From Gemmatimonadaceae bacterium (lineage in GTDB: Bacteria; Gemmatimonadota; Gemmatimonadetes; Gemmatimonadales; Gemmatimonadaceae): DNA of 64,000 nucleotides. A model generated the notes under the pieces. The model worked only from the letters and a program-made list of their open reading frames with translations. It was not told the DNA's origin and searched no databases. The stretch's first letter is position 1. Every line of letters begins with the position of its first letter. Of this stretch, positions 60,881 through 64,000 are shown in pieces. The stretch spans positions 832,001-896,000 of the forward strand of contig JBJMOW010000005.1 in NCBI GenBank assembly GCA_045803545.1, given 5' to 3'. The translations under genes were made by a program, and so were the position numbers.

Positions 60881-63205
60881 ATGCCGAGATTTTTCACTTT
60901 GCTGGCTCTGGTTTGTCCGGCTGCACTCGCCGCTCAATCGAGGCCGTTCGATTTTTCGATCAAGAACATCATGCGTGGGCCGGAGCTCTATGGCCGGCAG
61001 CCGCAGAACCTGCACTGGAGTGCCGACAGCAAGTGGATCTACTTCAACTGGCTCGAACCGGGCACTGACTGGCGCGAGGCGCCGAAACAGTTCCGGGTGC
61101 GCGCTGTTTCCGGCGCAAAGCCGGAAAGAGTGTCGATTCGCGAAGCCGATACCACTTCGTCGCGGTATACTGAAGGCGCGCTGTCGCACAGCGGCAGATA
61201 CTCGGTGGTCGCCGCGCGCGGCGATCTATACATCAACGATCTCGCTTCCGGCACCACGCGCCGGCTTACGCAAACGGTCGAGGAGGAGTCGAACCCGCAG
61301 TTCTCGACCGACGATCGCCAGGTCTTCTTCGTTCGCAACAATAATGTCTACGCGCTGAATCTCACCAATGGATTCCTGAGACAGATCACCGACATCAGGC
61401 AGGGGCCCGCGCCGAGCGATTCGTCGCGGGCGCAGGGACAACGTGGCCGTCTCGAACAGCAGCAGCGCGATCTTTTTGAATCGGTGCGCGATCGCCTGCG
61501 CGCCGACAGCATTGCCCGCGCCGAGCGATTGCTGCGCGACTCGCTGGCGCTCAAGCCGATCTATCTGCAGAGCGGCGAGCAGGTGAACGACTTCTCCATT
61601 TCTCCCAGCGGTAATTCACTGCTCATCTCCACTCGCAGCCCGGCGAGCGGTCAGCGCACCAACGACATCCCGCAATACGTCACCCGCAGCGGTTACACCG
61701 AGGAATTGCGTGTGCGCACCAAGGTGGGCGACTTCGAGCAAAAAGGACGAGTCGCGCTGATCACGCTGCCGGCGGCGACGGTGAGCTGGCTCAAACCGTT
61801 TCCAGCGGATACGACAACCGGCGCCTTCCAGCTACTGGGATGGAATGACGCCGGAACTCGCGCGGCGTTTTACGCCTACAGCGGCGACAACAAGTGGAGC
61901 TACCTCGAGACTCTCGATCCCAGCGGTAAGCTCACCACGCTCGAAGCTTTGCGCGACTCGGCGTGGGTCGGTGGACCGTGCGGACCGTGCGGCGGCTGGT
62001 ACGGTCCGGGTGATGGACGGGTTTGGTACACGTCGGAGGCCGAAGGCTTCTCTCACATCTACACCGCCTCTGCAAGTGGAACCGACAGACACCAGCTGAC
62101 GCACGGCCGTTGGGAGGTGCGCAACGTCGCGCTCTCCCAGGACAAGCGCTGGTTCTATCTCACCACCAACGAAGTCTCGCCATTCGAAGAACATCTCTAT
62201 CGTATGCCGACTGGCGGCGGTGCGGTCGAGCGCATCACCACCAAAGTCGGCAGGCATTCCGCGACGGTCTCGCCCGACGGTCAGCTGATCGCGGATGTCT
62301 ATTCGTATGTGAATCGGCCGCCCGATCTTTTCCTGATGCACATGCGACCGAACGCAGAAGAGTCGCAGCTGACGACGTCGCCGAGTGCAGAGTGGCTGTC
62401 GTTTCAGTGGGTGGTGCCTGAGATCGTGATGATCCCTGCGTCGGACGGCGTGAATGTGCCAGCGCACATCTACCGTCCGGCCGACATGAAGGCGCAGCCC
62501 AATGGAGCAGCCGTCATCTTCGTCCACGGCGCCGGGTATCTGCACAACGTCGGCAGTTTCTGGTCGGAGTATCCGCGTGAATACATGTTCAACCAGTTCC
62601 TCGCATCGAAGGGCTATACGGTTCTCGATGTCGACTATCGCGGATCGGACGGTTACGGTCGAGATTGGCGGACGGCGATCTACCGTCACATGGGCGGTCG
62701 CGACCTGCAGGATCAGGTTGACGCGTCAAAGTACCTCGTACAGAATCTTCAGATCGATCCGAAGCGAATCGGTATTTACGGCGGCAGCTACGGCGGGTTC
62801 ATCACGCTGATGGCGTTGTTCACCGAGTCATCGCACTTCGGCGCAGGTGCCGCGCTGCGCAGCGTGACCGATTGGGCGCATTACAATCAGGGCTATACGT
62901 CCAGCATTCTGAATCTGCCGCAGAACGACACGCTCGCCTATCGGCAGTCGTCGCCGATCTATTTCGCTGACGGACTGCAGGATCCGCTGCTAATGGCGCA
63001 CGGCATGGTGGACACCAATGTCCATTTCCAGGATATCGTGCGGCTGACTCAGCGATTGATCGAGCTCGGCAAGACGCGGTGGGAGCTTGCGGCTTATCCG
63101 GTCGAGGATCATGCATTCGTGAGACCTTCTTCGTGGGCCGACGAATACCGCCGGATATTCGAGCTGTTCGAACGCTACCTGCCGACAAGGGCAACCGGAC
63201 GATGA
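60881..63205 (+). CDS. S9 family (dipeptidyl-peptidase IV-like) serine peptidase, secreted
   Basis: Beta-propeller N-terminus, DYRGS, GGSYGG, HGMVDTNV, EDH. Confidence 0.93.
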   Translation: MPRFFTLLALVCPAALAAQSRPFDFSIKNIMRGPELYGRQPQNLHWSADSKWIYFNWLEPGTDWREAPKQFRVRAVSGAKPERVSIREADTTSSRYTEGALSHSGRYSVVAARGDLYINDLASGTTRRLTQTVEEESNPQFSTDDRQVFFVRNNNVYALNLTNGFLRQITDIRQGPAPSDSSRAQGQRGRLEQQQRDLFESVRDRLRADSIARAERLLRDSLALKPIYLQSGEQVNDFSISPSGNSLLISTRSPASGQRTNDIPQYVTRSGYTEELRVRTKVGDFEQKGRVALITLPAATVSWLKPFPADTTTGAFQLLGWNDAGTRAAFYAYSGDNKWSYLETLDPSGKLTTLEALRDSAWVGGPCGPCGGWYGPGDGRVWYTSEAEGFSHIYTASASGTDRHQLTHGRWEVRNVALSQDKRWFYLTTNEVSPFEEHLYRMPTGGGAVERITTKVGRHSATVSPDGQLIADVYSYVNRPPDLFLMHMRPNAEESQLTTSPSAEWLSFQWVVPEIVMIPASDGVNVPAHIYRPADMKAQPNGAAVIFVHGAGYLHNVGSFWSEYPREYMFNQFLASKGYTVLDVDYRGSDGYGRDWRTAIYRHMGGRDLQDQVDASKYLVQNLQIDPKRIGIYGGSYGGFITLMALFTESSHFGAGAALRSVTDWAHYNQGYTSSILNLPQNDTLAYRQSSPIYFADGLQDPLLMAHGMVDTNVHFQDIVRLTQRLIELGKTRWELAAYPVEDHAFVRPSSWADEYRRIFELFERYLPTRATGR

Positions 63206-63393
63206 TCAGGCGCATTGCTGGCATGTTCTCGCGCACCGCCTCTTTCGTGCGTGCGGTACTCGGCGTGCCCGACTACGACCGGTACCTCGACCACATGCGC
63301 AGCGCGCATCCGGGCGACCGGGTTATGAGCGAGACAGAATTCCGGCATGCCCGGATGAACGACCGCTATAACCGCACGTCTCGCTGCTGCTAG
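63202..63393 (+). CDS. YbdD/YjiX family small protein
   Basis: GVPDYDRYLDHMRSAHP...RCC; ATGA overlap. Confidence 0.88.
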   Translation: MIRRIAGMFSRTASFVRAVLGVPDYDRYLDHMRSAHPGDRVMSETEFRHARMNDRYNRTSRCC

Positions 63394-63459
63394 CGCGGAC
63401 CAGATGTGCAAGACTCGGATTGGGCAACGTCTCCCTAAAGACACCAACCGAGCCAACAA

Positions 63460-64000
63460 ATGCGAAAAATCGGACTTGCACTCATTCTCGTCGGCGGCCT
63501 AGTCGCCTGCAAAGACAAACAACTATTCAATGACAAGAGCGATGCGGTCGCTGGAGGCGCACGGGTCGAGGAGCGGGCTGCGACTCTCCAATCCAAAGCA
63601 ATGGCGCCACCGCCGGTGCCGGCAACAATGGCGTACGGGGTAGTTACCGGTGTAGCAAGTGAGGTCGCCGCGACATCGGACGCCGCTGCCCCGGCTAGAG
63701 TAGCGCCGCAATCCTCCGATGCGCTGCAGGGAGTCAGCTATGCGACGACTGCAGCCAACACCATGATCATCCGGACGGGCCAGGCGTTCATCGAGGTCGA
63801 CAAGGTCGATCCGGCCATACTCAAGGTTCGGCAGCTCGTGACGCAGGCGGGCGGCTACATCACCAATTCCTCGATCAGCGGCGGGCACGATCAAATCCGC
63901 CAGGCGGCGATCGAGATCAAGATTCCGAACACCAAGTACGATGAAGCGGTCGGTTCACTCAGCTCGATCGGCAAAGTCGAGACGGTTAGCTCCAACGCCC
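63460..64000 (+). CDS. DUF4349 domain lipoprotein, 3'-truncated by window edge
   Basis: Not in ORF track because it has no stop. MRKIGLALILVGGLVAC lipobox; MIIRTGQAFIEV, GGYITNS, IKIP...SIGKVE. Confidence 0.85.
   Translation, partial: MRKIGLALILVGGLVACKDKQLFNDKSDAVAGGARVEERAATLQSKAMAPPPVPATMAYGVVTGVASEVAATSDAAAPARVAPQSSDALQGVSYATTAANTMIIRTGQAFIEVDKVDPAILKVRQLVTQAGGYITNSSISGGHDQIRQAAIEIKIPNTKYDEAVGSLSSIGKVETVSSNA

Noticed and set aside
63202..63393. Selenoprotein form of YbdD/YjiX
   Set aside because: The gene ends TGC TGC TAG (Cys-Cys-stop) with no in-frame TGA.

Overview
GC-rich, gene-dense bacterial chromosomal segment. The gene content and style resemble Gemmatimonadota, which is an inference and not a database result. 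It carries about 60 mostly housekeeping or envelope genes: glmM-glmS-dtd-maf; a transsulfuration enzyme with purD, mutM and a UvrC-like gene; ubiE/ubiD/ubiA/ubiX-type menaquinone late steps; an ECF sigma locus; Mrp/NifU; guaB; a TonB-dependent receptor; a peptidoglycan-remodelling trio; gpmI; queD-dacB-moeA; etfBA with ETF-QO; an acyl-CoA dehydrogenase; and cstA-S9 peptidase-ybdD. I found no rRNA, tRNA, CRISPR array, transposase or prophage. The most notable signals are non-genic or at residue level. (1) A dispersed family of GCGGGAR heptamer tandem repeats, one copy of which lies inside gpmI and breaks its frame in a way that gaining 1 or losing 2 repeat units would repair. (2) Several long intergenic palindromes of unrelated sequence. 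(3) An exact CTAACTT-N6-ATG motif before three genes lacking a Shine-Dalgarno (SD) site, suggesting leaderless transcription. (4) A dtd gene with only a CTG start, in frame behind the glmS amber stop. (5) An ETF-QO missing one Fe-S cysteine. (6) An L,D-transpeptidase coupled to an apparently catalytically dead paralogue.
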